Origin: Eledone cirrhosa
Lineage: Eukaryota
Direction of reading: 5' to 3'
DNA: 64,000 bases
Assembly: GCA_964016885.1 (NCBI GenBank)
Contig: OZ024746.1
Location: forward strand, 43,400,001 to 43,464,000
The position numbers and the translations under genes were made by a program. Positions 25,950 to 39,200 of the stretch are shown piece by piece. How positions within the stretch are numbered: position 1 is the first letter of the stretch; each line of letters starts with the position of its first letter. Below the pieces are notes generated by a model that saw only the letters and a program-made list of their open reading frames with translations, was not told where the DNA came from and did not search any database.

Positions 25950-26070
25950 TTAGTACAGATTAAAGAGTAAGGAAAGAATTTCTACTATCCCCCTATATGG
26001 GATCTTCAGAAGATCCTGTATAGGGTGAAGGCAGAAATTCTTTGCTTAATTAAACTTTAATCTGTACTAA
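25950..26070. repeat. Imperfect ~60-bp-arm inverted repeat centred at 26008 on a hammerhead-like core
   Basis: ttagtacagattaaag...gggatcttc A gaagatcc...ctttaatctgtactaa. Confidence 0.8.
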
Positions 26071-26099
26071 TAATAAATATTTGTTCTGCGGGTTTATAC

Positions 26100-26148
<49 letters not shown>

Positions 26149-26197
26149 CCGTATCCAGTCCTCTTTGGATTTTGGTCTTTGTATTTATTATTACTAT

Positions 26198-26267
<70 letters not shown>

Positions 26268-26683
26268 AGAAAATTAAAGGCTCTGATGACTTCAGAAATA
26301 AAAAAGTTTTCATTTTATGCTAGTAAGATACAATTCGTTCTCAATTCTTTTATCATTCGTATTTGGGTAGATGAATAGCTGCTAAAGGTTGGATATATAA
26401 AGCTGAGAGCCAACACAAAATATTCCTCTTGCGCTTGGCTTATGACACAAGCTGACCCGTAGTATCTTGAATTAGAGGGTATTTAACATGTCCGTTTTGT
26501 ATGAATAATCTTGGTTTTTAAAATCGATTCCATTTTTATAATTAGACGATAGTCATAGCACTAAAATATTTTAATTCTCGTTAAATGTTTTGTATTGAAT
26601 TCTTTTGTGTAGATTTATTTCACCTTTTGACAAATTAAACCGTTTTGTAGTGCACATGACTTTACTTATCCTCACCATGTGTG

Positions 26684-29600
26684 TCATCATCTTCATCATC
26701 ATCATCGTTTAACGTCCATCTCCCACGCTAGCATGGGTTTGGACGGTAATTTTCCCACTTAAGGCAAGATTGGTTGTCTTGCTCGTATAGGACTGTCTGG
26801 CGGGTTTTCTACGGCTGGATGCCCTTCCTAACACCAACCACGTTTACAGTGTGGACTGGGAGGTTTTTACCGTGTTACCTACATGGCCACATTACAGCGT
26901 GGACTGTGTTTTTTTGTTGTGACACCTACACGACCTCATTTATTTTGGACTGGATGTTGTGGTACCAACATAACATAACATCGGAAGGGGGTGGTGTGGA
27001 TGGGGTGGGGGTGTATTTTGGTAACCTACTGACTGTAGGTTTCGCTTTGCACTTAGGCAAAACGGGTCTTCTGTATTACTGCATAGCGCCAAAGATCTCG
27101 GTCCAGTGACATTGTTTTGGCGGGGTGTAAGTGTGGGAGGTCAGAATTTATCAAGTCGTCCCAGTTTTTCTGGGTGTGCCTACTCCGTGGCTACCATCTA
27201 TTTTGATCGCCCTGCACTTTTTTATACAGCTGTCGTCTTTCATGCGCATCACGTGACCATACCAACGTAGTCTTCTCTCGAGTAAACAACATCTGATCCC
27301 TCTTATTCCTAATTTCTCACTTAGTTCATTTATGCTTTGCCGTTCACGTATATTACTATTACACATCCAGTGGAGCATGCAAGCTTCGTTCCTCTCCAGT
27401 CTGTGCAGATCCTCTGCACACAATGCCCATGTCTCACTGCCATGTAACATTGTTGTTCGTATGCAGGCATCATACAGTCTGCCTTTCATTTTTAGAGAGA
27501 AACCTTTAGCGGCCAATAGTGATATAAGCTCTCTGAACTTTTTTCCATCCCGTTCTGACTCTAGCTACTGTACTTTCAGAGCACCCTCCACCACTGCTGA
27601 TTTTGTCACCCAGGTAACAGAAGGTGTACACTATTGCTATAGAACCATCTGTGCAATGGAATGGGCTAGTATTCTGTGGGCACTTGCTGCTAGTTATTAC
27701 ACCTGAGCACTGGCCACATATAAAATCTATATTCTTAGTTAGCTTACCTGTGATCCCATTACATCATTTATGCACCCATACTTTGCATTTGGGACATAAA
27801 ATGGAGTTTCTGCCTACTTTGGGACATAAAATGGAGTTTCTGCCTACTACTCCTTTCCTACACACAGAGCATGGCCATTTCCCAGTTGGGACCAGTGCTC
27901 TATTTTCCTTCCTACATACTAGAACTTTAGTCTTAGACAGGTTAATCTTAAGGCCTTTTGATTCTAGGCCATGCTTCAATGTTTGGAATTTCTTCTCTAG
28001 TTCAGCCATTGATTCAGCTATAAGTGTTAGATCATCAGCATATAGGAGTTCCCATGGGCAGCCGGTCTTGAACTCCTCTGTTATAGCCTGAAGGGCAATA
28101 ATAAATAGGAGGGGGCTAAGGACGGAGCCCTGATGAACACCAACTTTTACGCTAAACTTTTCACTATAGTCGTTGTTAATTCTAACCTTGCTGACTGTTT
28201 CTTTATACATGGCTTGTATAGCTCTCACAAGCCATTCATCAACACCTAGTTTTCGGAGAGCCAACCAGATAATGGGGCGTGGGACTCTGTCAAAGGAATT
28301 CTCCAAGTCAACAAAAGCTAAGTATAGGGGTTTACTTTTAGCTAGGTACTTCTCCTGTAGGTGTCGTATAATGAAAAGAGCATCTGTGGTACTTTTACCT
28401 GACACAAATCCGAACTGCATTTCATCCAGATCAATTCGCTCTCTGATTAGTTGCGCTATTACTTTTTCTGTGACCTTCATGACCTGGTCAATTAATTTAA
28501 TGCCTCTATAGTTTCCCCTATCTAGGGCATCTCCTTTACCCTTGTAGCAGTTAATGATGATGCTGCTATGCCAGTCCTTCGGTACGACCCCATTCTGTAT
28601 GACTTGGTTTACTATCCGGGTGACCATAGTGTGTCCCACCGTTCCAGATGCTTTCAGCATTTCAGCAACTATTTCTGAAGGCCCAACCACCTTGCCCATC
28701 TTCATATCTTTGATTGCCTTACTTATTATACTACCTTCAACTTGCACTCTATTGGATCGATGTGGGGGAGACTGTCTTTCTCCCCTTTATTCTCCTCATT
28801 TAGTAGCCTTTCGTGTTGACACTTCCAAGCTACCTTCTTATCAGCGTCAGTGATGGCAAGTACACCATCATCATTAAGGACACATTTCTCCCTGACAATG
28901 TCACGGTTTTATTTGACACATTGCCTAGCATTCCTGAACACCTCACGCTTTTGGTCCTCGCGTTGTAGAACATGCTTGAACTTTCTTTCCTCTGCTTCCC
29001 TTCTTGTGAAGTACACTTGTCTCCTAGCTTCCCTTCTCTACTTCTCTCATCCTGCCATACTTTCCAAGCCTGCTTTTTGGCCTTAATTGACTCCTCGACC
29101 TTACTGTTCCACCACCACGTTACTCTCCTCCTGCCTATAGGTCTGCTCCAGGCACAGACTTCATCTATCGCCTCAGCAGGTTAGCTTTCAGGAATTCCCA
29201 CTGTTCCTCTATATTGTATGACTCTAATTGCTCTTCCTTACTGTCAAAAGCATCAAGTAATATGCTTTTAAATTTATTACTGGCTGTGGGGTCCTTTAGC
29301 TTCCATATTTTTCTCCTGAGGATAGTCCTCCTCTGTTGTCGAGTACGTCTTGTCCTGACTATAAGGTCGCTAACTATGAGTCTATGTTGGGAGGTGCATT
29401 CTTCATGGGGGAGGGATTTAGTGTTTACAACAGACACTCTGTCACACTATGGTCACCTGGATAGTAAACCAAGTCATACAGAATGGGGTCGTTCCGAAGG
29501 ACTGGCGCAGCAGCATTATCATTAACTGCTACAAGGGTAAAGGTGATGCCCTAGATAGGGGAAACTATAGAGGCATTAAATTAATTGACCAGGTCATGAA

Positions 29601-31988
29601 GTTCACAGAAAAAGTAATAGCGCAACTAATCAGAGAGCGAATTGATCTAGACGAAATGCAGTTCGGGTTTGTGTCAGGTAAAAGTATGTGTCAGTTAAAA
29701 GTACAACAGACGCTCTTTTCATTGTACAACAACTACAGGAGAAGTACCTAGCTAAAAGTAAACCCCTATACTTAGCTTTTGTTGACTTGGAGAAAGCCTT
29801 TGACAGAGTACCCCGCTAGATTATCTGGTGGGCCCTTAGAAAACTAGGTGTTGATGAATGTCTTGTGAGAGCTATACAAGCCATGTATAAAGAAACAGTC
29901 AGCAAGGTTAGAATTAACAACAAATATAGTGAAGAGTCTAGCGTAAAAGTTGGTGTTCATCAAGGCTCCGTTCTTATCCCCCTACTATTTATTATTGCCC
30001 TTCAGGCTATAACAGAGGAGTTCAAGACCGGCTGCCCATGGGAACTCCTATATGCAGATGATCTAACGCTCATAGCTGAATCAATGGCTGAACTCGAGAA
30101 GAAATTCCAAACATGGAAGCATGGCCTAGAATCAAAAGGCCTTAAAGTTAACTTGTCTAAGACTAAAGTTCTAGTTTGTAGGAAGGAAAATAGGGCACCG
30201 GTCCCATCTGGGAAATGGCCATGCTCAGTGTGTAGGAAAGGAGTAGGTAGAAACTCCATTTTATGTCCCAAATGCAAAGTATGGGTACATAAAAGATGTA
30301 GTGGGATCACAGGTAAGTTAACTAAGAATATAGATTTTATGTGGCCGGTGCTCTGGTGCAATAAGTAGCAGCAACTGCCCACAGAATACTAACTCATTCC
30401 ATTGCACAGATGGTTCTATAGCAATAGTGGACACCTTCTGTTACCTGGATGACAAAATCAGCAGTGGTGGAGGGTGCTCTGAAAGTACAGTAGCTAGAGT
30501 CAGAACGGGATGGAAAAAGTTCAGAGAGCTTATACCACTATTGGCCACTAAAGGGTTCTCTCTAAAAATGAAAGGCAGGCTGTATGATGCCTGCATACGA
30601 ACAGCGATGTTACATGGCAGTGAGACATGGGAATTGTGTGCAGAGGATATACGCAGACTGGAGAGAAACGAAGCTTGCATGCTCCGCTGGATGTGTAATA
30701 GTAATATACGTGAATGGCAAAGCATAAACGAACTAAGTGAGAAATTAGGAATAAGAGGGATCAGATGTTGTTTACTCGAGAGAAGACTACGTTGGTATGG
30801 TCACGTGATGCGCATGAAAGACGACAGCTGTATAAAACAGTGCAGGGCGATTAAAATAGACGGTAGCCACGGAGTAGGCAGACCCAGAAAAACCTGGGAC
30901 GACTTGATAAATTCCGACCTCACAAAGTTACACCTCTCCAAGACAATGTCACTGGACCGAGATCTTTGGTGCTACACAGTAATAGAGAAGACCCGCCTTA
31001 CCTAAGTGCAAAGTGAAACCTACTACAGTCAGTAGGCACCTCTAACAAAATACACCCCCGTCCCACTACCCCCACCACATCCACACCACTCCTTTCAATG
31101 TAAAGTTATGTTGGTACCACAACATCCAGCCCGAAACAAATGAGGTCGTGTAGGTGTCACGACAAAAAAACACACAGTCCACGCTGTAATGTGGTCGTGT
31201 AGGTAACACAGTAAAAACCTCCCAGTTCCACACTGTAAATGTGGTTGGTGTTAGGAAGGGCATCCAGCTGTAGAAAACCCGCCAGACAGTCCTATGCGAG
31301 CAAGACAACCACTCTTGCCTCAAGTGGGAAAACTCCCGTCGAAACCCATGTGAGCGTGGAATATGGACGTTAAACGATGATTATGATGATGACTATCACG
31401 TCTTCTGGTAAGGATATAATCTATCTGACTGGCGTGTTCCCCTGATCTATAGGTAATCAAGTGATTGTCTCGTTTTTTGAAGTTAGTGTTACAGATAGTT
31501 AGGTTATTTGCATCACAGAATTCCAGGATTCTGGTGCCTTCCTCATTTCTAGTACCAAACCCATAGCCTCCATGGATTCCGTCATAGCTGTCACAATGTT
31601 GTCCAATGTGACCATTTAGGTCGCCAGCAATAATTATGTAGTCACTGTCGGTTATTTAGGAGGTAGTGAGCATTAATGACTCATAGAATCTATCTTTTAT
31701 AACGCCAGGCAGTCCGGATTGGGGTGCGTACGCAGATATTATTGTCACAGTAGTTCTATTTAGGACAAGTCTTATTTTAATTATTCTGTGGTTCACTCTA
31801 TTTACGTCTATTATCTTATCTGCCCATTTTTCAGCTAGCATGATGCCTACTCCACCCAGCCCATTGTCATTTCCCACCCAGAAAAGCTTATAGCATCTAC
31901 CTAATGAATCTAGCAGACCCACCCCTCCATCTGGTCTCTTGGATACAGCAAACATCAACCTCCTTACATTCAAGCATTTCTACAACCG
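26684..31988 (-). mobile_element. Near full-length, frameshifted RTE LINE (APE endonuclease plus RT) interrupted at 29446-31392 by a nested copy
   Basis: EN motifs (DVCCIQETRW, SAYAPQ, GDLNGH, GFGTRNEEG, QIDYIL) at 31400-31988 continue in register into SVVNTKS..SQHRLIV at 29437. RT occupies 27151-28747 and the (CAT)n tail is at 26684. Confidence 0.93.
29446..31392 (+). mobile_element. Nested 5'-truncated RTE LINE of the same family, opposite orientation
   Basis: RT ORF pieces 29449-31005, 3' UTR and (GAT)n tail; putative 7-bp TSD ctgtcac (29439-29445) / ctatcac (31393-31399). Confidence 0.93.
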
Positions 31989-32118
31989 AGAACAGTTAGC
32001 GAGAAGGTTTAAATAAAATCCTCGAATTTTGGGCATAATCGAACAAGCATATAACAGTAATAAGAGAGGAATTATGGGATTTTAAAATACAAGAAGATTA
32101 TTTGTGTGTGTGTGTATA

Positions 32119-32471
32119 TCATCATTTCATCATCATTTCATTTTATATCCACTTTTCCCTGCTTGTAAGTGTGGGACGGGAACTGATTCTGGCTTGATTT
32201 ATACAGCTGGATGCCCTTCCTAACACTAACCTCATTTACAGTGAGTGCTGGGTGCTTTTTTGCCGTGGCACCTCCACGACCACTTTGCAGTGGAACAGTG
32301 GAATGATAGGGACCCCAGTCCCTATCATCTCATTTCTACAGCTGAGTAAACTGGAGCAATGTGAAATAAAGTGTCTTGCTCAAGGAAACAGCACATCACC
32401 CGGTCTGAGAATTGAACTCACAACCTTTCGATTGCAAGGCCAATGCTCTAACCACTAAGCCATGTGCCTCC
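32119..32471 (-). mobile_element. Full-length tRNA-derived SINE (family B) with RTE-derived tail
   Basis: Minus strand: A box TGGCTTAGTGG, B box GAGTTCAATTC, CORE-like CCTTGAGCAAGACACTT, and a 3' part matching the LINE UTR at 25594-25742. Confidence 0.9.
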
Positions 32472-32539
32472 ACATATATATATGATGTACACATTACTAT
32501 GAAAGCTGCTACATTTTATAAAAGAATGGGCTTAACAAT

Positions 32540-33190
32540 TATTATTTGGAAATCTGAGGTCACCTGTCAATGGCATGGCAAACTGCACTACCACTCTTCC
32601 TCCATTCTTTCTCGGTACAACAGCAAACAATAAACACAGCCTGCTATTTCAGAAACCCAGACAGCAGCTTTTCCAAAGACTGCATACAGTGAGAAGAGAT
32701 TCTAAATTGTCTCAAGCAACACTTTGGAAGTCTCAAAAAGAGAATCTTTTGATACAACCATCTCAGACTCGATAATGAAGTTGTCATCTGCTGGACAGTA
32801 ATTGTTTCCATTCTCAAAGATTATATTCTGCTGACACATTCAGATCCAAGAAGTCTTTAACATACAATGTGTCTAGAAGACTATCAGACACCTCCAAATT
32901 GAAACCAGCAGCATTTAATACATTATACACAGGCAACCATTGAGATGGCTTTGACATATAGTATGCATGTTTGAATTACATCTTCCCCATAGGATTCTCT
33001 ATGACTAGCTACACTTTGTTTAACATCTAGTTGGATGACCAGTGAAGCCGTTCTAAGCTTCTGGGCTGAAGACTACTTTGAAAGTGAATAACATCAACCT
33101 TTCAATAGTATAAGACATCACTACATCCTGTTCACTTTGACCGTCTAATTGTTGGAAAAATGCACTCAACAATGCTGAAAGAAACAAGCC
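32540..33190 (+). mobile_element. Old degenerate RTE/BovB-like RT C-terminal fragment
   Basis: Remnants of A.F.RL, LRW..HI..M....P..ILY and GKP motifs, with stops. Confidence 0.5.
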
Positions 33191-33834
33191 AAAAGGTATG
33201 CACATGTAGTAATAGGTGGTCTCTCCAATCAAAGCCTTACATATCCTATCTGCAAATATAGTAATAGATTAAGGACTGAGATACAGTCATGAAAGGAACA
33301 ACATGAAGGAGAAAGAATATGGTCATTATCGCAGGAAAACTTTGTATCAATACATTAATACATACATAATTATATATATTTATATATGAAACTTTAGGAT
33401 TTCTTCATATATAAGAGTATAGAACACTATGAACAGTCCTGACAGCTACATTTTATATGATTAATGATAGAAATTGATCTAGCAAAAATTATGTTTATTG
33501 TAAGCAAAGATTTTCTTCATCCTACAAAAGGAGACAATTCAAGGTATACGGAAGATATATAAGAATTAGGGGAGTTGAGTATGATTAGGTGCAACATTAG
33601 TTTATGAGAAAAGGTGAGTTCACATGAGTTGAGATAATGAAGGGGCAATGTATACAGAAAAAGCTATTATAGTAGTATGGACATATGTGAAATAAAATTA
33701 ATATAACTGAGTGAAAAAATTGTGGTTAATGATTAGAGATACTAGTATCTGTTGTAGGTCAAGGTACAATTTTGTCAGAAATAATTTGAATAGTTTTATG
33801 GATATTATGAACCTCAATTACCAACACACCCACA

Positions 33835-34100
33835 CAGTTGTGGCTTCGTAGTTAGAAGCAAGAGGCTTACAATCATGAAGTTTTGAGGTCAATTCCCAGA
33901 ATGGGCAATGCATTTTGTCTTTGAGCAATCACTGTATTTCACATTGCTCCACATGGGCCAGACTAATCGGTCTTTGCCTTTCCCTTGGACAACATTGCTG
34001 ATGTGGAATGGGGAGACTGGTATGAAGGGGTGATTGCTGATCTTCAACAAAAACATCCGCATTTGTATCTTGGAGGGGAACTTTCTAGGCACAAAACCAT
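33835..34100 (+). mobile_element. Degenerate SINE related to family B
   Basis: tRNA-like head plus tctttgagcaatcactgtatttcacattgctcc core. Confidence 0.55.
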
Positions 34101-34143
34101 GGATATTCATGATCAAAGGAGGTCTTTACTCTTATATATATAT

Positions 34144-34480
34144 CTACTCCACCCTACCACTCCCACCAACACCACCCTTTCTCTGTAAAGTTATGTTGGT
34201 ACCACAACATCCAGTCCAAACTAATGAGGTCGTGTAGGTGTCACGACAAAAAAAACACACAGTCCACGCTGTAATGTGGCCATGTAGGTAACACGGTAAA
34301 AACCTCCCAGTCCACACTGTAAATGTAGTTGGTGTTAGGAAGGGCATCCAGCCGTAAAAAATCTGCCAGACAGTCCTATACGAGCGGAACACGGTCACCC
34401 GACCAATCTTGCCTCAAATAGGACAATTCCCGGCTAACCCATGCTAGCGTGGAAGATAGATGTTAAACGATGATGATGAT
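34144..34480 (+). mobile_element. RTE LINE 3' UTR-only insertion
   Basis: Homologous to 31080-31390; (GAT)n tail. Confidence 0.88.
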
Positions 34481-34533
34481 ATATATATATATCATCATCA
34501 TCACCGTTTTACGTCCGTTTATATATATATATA

Positions 34534-35140
34534 TATGAGGTACACTCAGGAGGTTTTGAGGCTTTTATCAGAGAGACATCTATTTAACTCAGATCAACAC
34601 AAAATTCTAAACTCTTGTCTCCCTCAAAGTAGGATCCTCCAACTTCAATGCACTTGTAGTGCTCCAGCCACTTCTGGAAGGCCCCCTTGTAGTCTTCCAA
34701 AGTGAAGGTTTCCAGGGTGCTTATCACAGCCTCCTCCACACCCTCAAAGCAGATACCCCTGAGCTTCTCCTTCAGATTCAGGAACATTCAGAAATCGCAT
34801 GGTGCTACATCTGGATTGTAGGGAGGATAAGAGACAGTCATGATCCCCATACTGGCCAAGTAGTTGGTCACCAGGATGGATTTGTGGCATGGAGCATTGT
34901 CCTGGATCAAATGCCACTAACCAGGCACAAAGACTTCTGGTCTCTTGCAACAAAATCTCTTTCTGAACTGCCTCAAAACCTCTACATATTTCTTTTTGAT
35001 GATTATCTGACCGTTTGGGACCCAGTGAATGTAGATGATACCCTTGCTGTCAAAAAATGGAATCATCATGAGTTATTTCCCAGTGGATCTGCTTTGCCTA
35101 GCCTTCTTGGGGAGTCAGAATGTTTCCATTGGGTACTCTA
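34534..35140 (-). mobile_element. Mariner (DD34D) transposase pseudogene 3' part with one TIR
   Basis: Minus frame WHLIQDNAPCHKS...YPPYNPDVAPCDF* then LKEKLRG...FQKW...KCIEVGGSYFE; TIR-like TATGAGGTACACTCAG at 34534. Confidence 0.88.
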
Positions 35141-36219
35141 GTTCTTCTAACAAATTAGAAGACGTGTTACACATTTATCTATTTAATTGTCATATTCAGA
35201 ACACTAAATAGTTTGTGTTCATATAGTATTTTTTAGAAAAACAATTATAAGGCTGTCTTTTTCAATAAGGCTAAAAATTGCTGTAATGAAAACTAAGTCG
35301 AAATTTAAACAGTGAATTGCAGACATCAGTCTACTGGAAACTTTCCTACACTTTATGTTGCTTCCCTACCAGCATGGATTAGATTAAGTAATATTTAGGA
35401 ATAATGTAACTACACTGACTAATAAAGATCTTGAAAGAAAAAAGACCACAGAAACATAGATGATTTAAAATGTTGATATTTACAAAACCAAAATAGTATA
35501 GAATTATTGACATGACAACTTGGTTTAGATTGATAGCTGAACATACAAGAAATTTAAATTTAAAAAAATAAACATATGACAGAAGAAACTGAAACAATAG
35601 GCTAACACAAAAATAACTTCAAAAATGAGCTTAATTTTCAATTGCTCTTAACTTTACAATGTTGTTACTTCATCTCAACAGTAAAAGATTTAACACTTGT
35701 GTAGTGACTGGTTAAAACAGCTTAACTTGAACTGCTAATTCATACCACAGTTGTACAATCTTAAAATCTTTTGAATTCCATACTTATCTATTTTATCAGT
35801 CTCTTTAATCCCAAGATTTTATTACACACACCATCAATTCTTCTTCATCTAAATGTCTAGAATAGAGACCATTTCTCTTCAACAAACACATTAAATCATT
35901 CAGGGAGCAGCTTGTCATTGGCTTGCTAACAAATCTCAGTCAGTCAACTTGTCCATCATGTTGACAGGTTAATGGTTAAAATCATTTTTACATTGTTATG
36001 TTGCATAATTGTCATGGCTCTGCTGTTATTTGGATGAGCATTAATTCCACAAGAGAAAACATTCTATCTACTATAGACTAGACTGGTTTTCAGTCTGGCC
36101 ACTTCACTTCCTTAAACATTATCGAAATAATGCAAACTAGCATCAATAATATATCAAATGGCTGAAAATATCTTTGAAGCAGACAACTTCATCTTGAAAA
36201 TTATTATTCATAGTCATGT

Positions 36220-36502
36220 ACACTCTGTAGAGTGGTTAGTGATAAGAAGGGCATCCAGCAGTAAAAAAAAACCTTGCCAAACAGATAATCAGCTGTGATG
36301 TAGACATGACAACCTCTCTAGTGCTGGTGTCATGATGAAATGCACTTGTTGCATTCTATAGAATGCATGAATTATATAAGTGAGAAGTAGACCCCAGTTC
36401 ATCTGTGAGGTCAATAGCTCTGAATACATACTGACTTGTCTGTAACGATCTAACCAATCCTTGCTTGCAAAGAAAATGGATGTTCGATGATAATGATGAT
36501 GA
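36220..36502 (+). mobile_element. Degenerate RTE 3' UTR/SINE tail
   Basis: aagaagggcatccagc motif and terminal atccttgcttgcaaagaaaatggatgttcgatgataatgatg. Confidence 0.6.
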
Positions 36503-37019
36503 ATACAGTATTCAGTTAGAAGTAACAACACTATAGTCACTATTATTCTTCTATAGTTAAAATTCAAACATTGTCAGATTCAACTTTGCTTTTGATCATT
36601 GAAAACTTCATAAAATATGTATCAGTAAAATATTGAGTATTCTCAATCAACTATACCTCTTCTGTATAAATTTATTTCCTACTTACTCTAAATCAATAAT
36701 TATTTGTAGTTATGTATGGCTGTAATTAGTTCATATTTTAAACATTTATGCAAATGAAAGCAGTTCAACTCTGTAGGATATTTTTCTTAAGATTTATCAA
36801 TGAAAATTAATCAGTAATTATTTACATAACAGTTTAAAGAAACTAAACATAGTATGAAACAAAAGTAACTATTTTCAATGTAAAACCATGTAGAATATAC
36901 ATGATGTTCACTTGTGGCATGTATAAAGAATAGTATGACCATTATAGTACAATTGTTATTTGATATATAATATCATTGTTTTATATAAAATAAATTTCAA
37001 TATTTTATGAAATTATATT

Positions 37020-37258
37020 ATATGGAATTTGATTGCTGAATGAAGTATTGCCAGGAGCTTCCAGTGGAAGGAAGCCACAGTAGAGGAATGCAAATAAAAG
37101 CCTGAACAGAGTTGGTAATAGCAGATCTAAAAATGTTGAACCTCATAGATGAGATGACAAATGATTGCAACATGTAGAGAGAGGTTGTGATAGAAATGAT
37201 CTGTCCAACCCATGCAATCATAGAAAAACGGATGTAAAAATGACAATGATGTTGATGT
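37020..37258 (+). mobile_element. Degenerate RTE 3' end
   Basis: Homologous to the reverse complement of 21925-22150. Confidence 0.65.
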
Positions 37259-39039
37259 TTAAATTTTTTTCTTTTTGTACATGGAAACTACATTTTTGAA
37301 ATAATTATTTTATTTTAAGGTCCACTTTACATCCACTTTTCCATGCTAACATGATTTTAAAAATTCAATAATTTGCTTCCTTTGAAAGCAGTCATATTTT
37401 ACTATCAATCATTCAACTATGAATTGAAGGTGTCACAAATTATTTTTCAGCAATGTTGATCAAGTTATGTCATACTTAAGAACATTGATTTAACCTACAA
37501 ATGTTGGGAACATTAACCTTTCAGTTATGTTGCCTGATACATTAAGTAATTCATTAGGTAACTGTCAATCTATTATGCGGCATAACATATATAACCTTTT
37601 AATGAAATATCAAATTTTAATAAATTATTAAAAATTAAAAAAATTAAAATGCCATGAAAATTAAAATAAAAAAGAAATGTTATGCTATACCAATGGAAGA
37701 AAAATTTTTTTTTTCAGTTCCATAGAATTCTAAGATATAAGCAATGAGCTGCATAATGTCAACTGCCTATCGGTAGTCTTCCAGTAACTTCTTTGGATGA
37801 GTTCAATCGATAGTTTCACTATCAGCCAGCAGTCTGAGCTAACTGTGCCAATAACAGTAAGTTATGTCAGCTGCCTTGAGTGACAGCCCAATATACCATC
37901 ATTGCAATCATTTGCTGCACAGGAAAACATGAGTTATTTCTCTTAGACCAGACAAAGCGATCTACTCGAGACACTAAAATACTCTTACAAAATCGGAAAT
38001 TGCTTTTCCTTGCTTCATGTGATGCTACATACAACAAATTTGAAATCCTCCTTCATAATACACTATTTTTTTTTTCATTAAGTAATCATTCATCTTATAT
38101 TTTCAAGTTACATGCACAATCATGGCTATATAGATATTGATATATAAATGTTAAGTGGTCTACATATTTTATTGAGGATATATCTGCAAAGAAAAATGTA
38201 AGCTAGAATTTAATAGTAATCCTTCCAGCTGCAGAGGCCTGAATAATTTTAAAAAAAAAAGAAAAAGAAAAACTGTTCATATCAAAATTGTAAATTTTAT
38301 CAGATGGAATACAAATTTTAACTTCTAAACTTCTACATTTGTATTTGTATAATAGAAAATATACATTGAATTAAAGCTTCACTTTTTTGTTTATTATTTA
38401 TTTTATTATTTATTTATTTATAACCCATGCTACTGTGCAAAATAGATGTTAACCAATGATAGTGATGATGATGATTGAGAGGTTGGGTTTTTCATTTTTT
38501 AGTTTAGTAATTTTAAACATCATAAGGTAAAGTTTGATATTTTAATACTTAGTATTTGCTGGAATTTTGTGATGTTTTCTGGATGGAAACATTTCACCTG
38601 TTTTGTTATTGTCCATAGAAGAGTCATAATTTTATTATTTCTTTTTCACATTTATCCTTAAAAATCCCATTCATACCTGCATACCTAGTTCTGGATTTTG
38701 AAGGAAGAAATAATAGACATGTCTCACTTGTTTTAATATTTCAAAGTGGTAGAAAGAATTAAGGACTGTTTACCTAAATTGTACATGAATATAACATGAA
38801 CATAATAGCCCTAAATTATAATTATAATAAAAAGTGAGATGTGCATGCATGAGAAAATGCAAGTCTTTCATTAAAAAATCCTTGCTCATGCTGGTGCCCA
38901 GGAGATGAACTTTTCAGGTGGAGATATATGATCAAACCAAACCAATGAAAGCCTTAATATAGTCAAAAGAAGCCATTAAATATTCAGGAATAGTCCTGAA
39001 TTAAATGTTAAAGCAGTTAAGGCAGTTTCTCTACTGTCG

Positions 39040-39200
39040 AACAATTCTGCTAATCCTCTGCTGGGTTAGTATCTTATTTTATTGACCTGGTTAGGATGAA
39101 AGGCAAAGTTGACATTTGCCGGATTTGAACTCAGAATGTAAAGGGCCATAACTAAATTCTACAGAGCATTATATCCATTGTTATAATGATTCTGCCAATA
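39040..39200 (-). mobile_element. SINE family A copy
   Basis: ggatgaaaggcaaagttgac...ggatttgaactcagaa is the reverse complement of the family A core and B box. Confidence 0.65.

Noticed and set aside
26283-26300. CTGATGA...GAAA (also CTGATGA at 7861, 11344, 17781)
   Set aside because: No stem II or stem I pairing, or no downstream GAAA; not called as hammerheads.
32395-32471. tRNA-like sequence with A and B boxes
   Set aside because: It is a SINE head continuing into core and LINE tail, without a complete cloverleaf.
37718-37856. Plus-strand acceptor/donor pair
   Set aside because: Stops in all three frames; at most a non-coding exon, unsupported.
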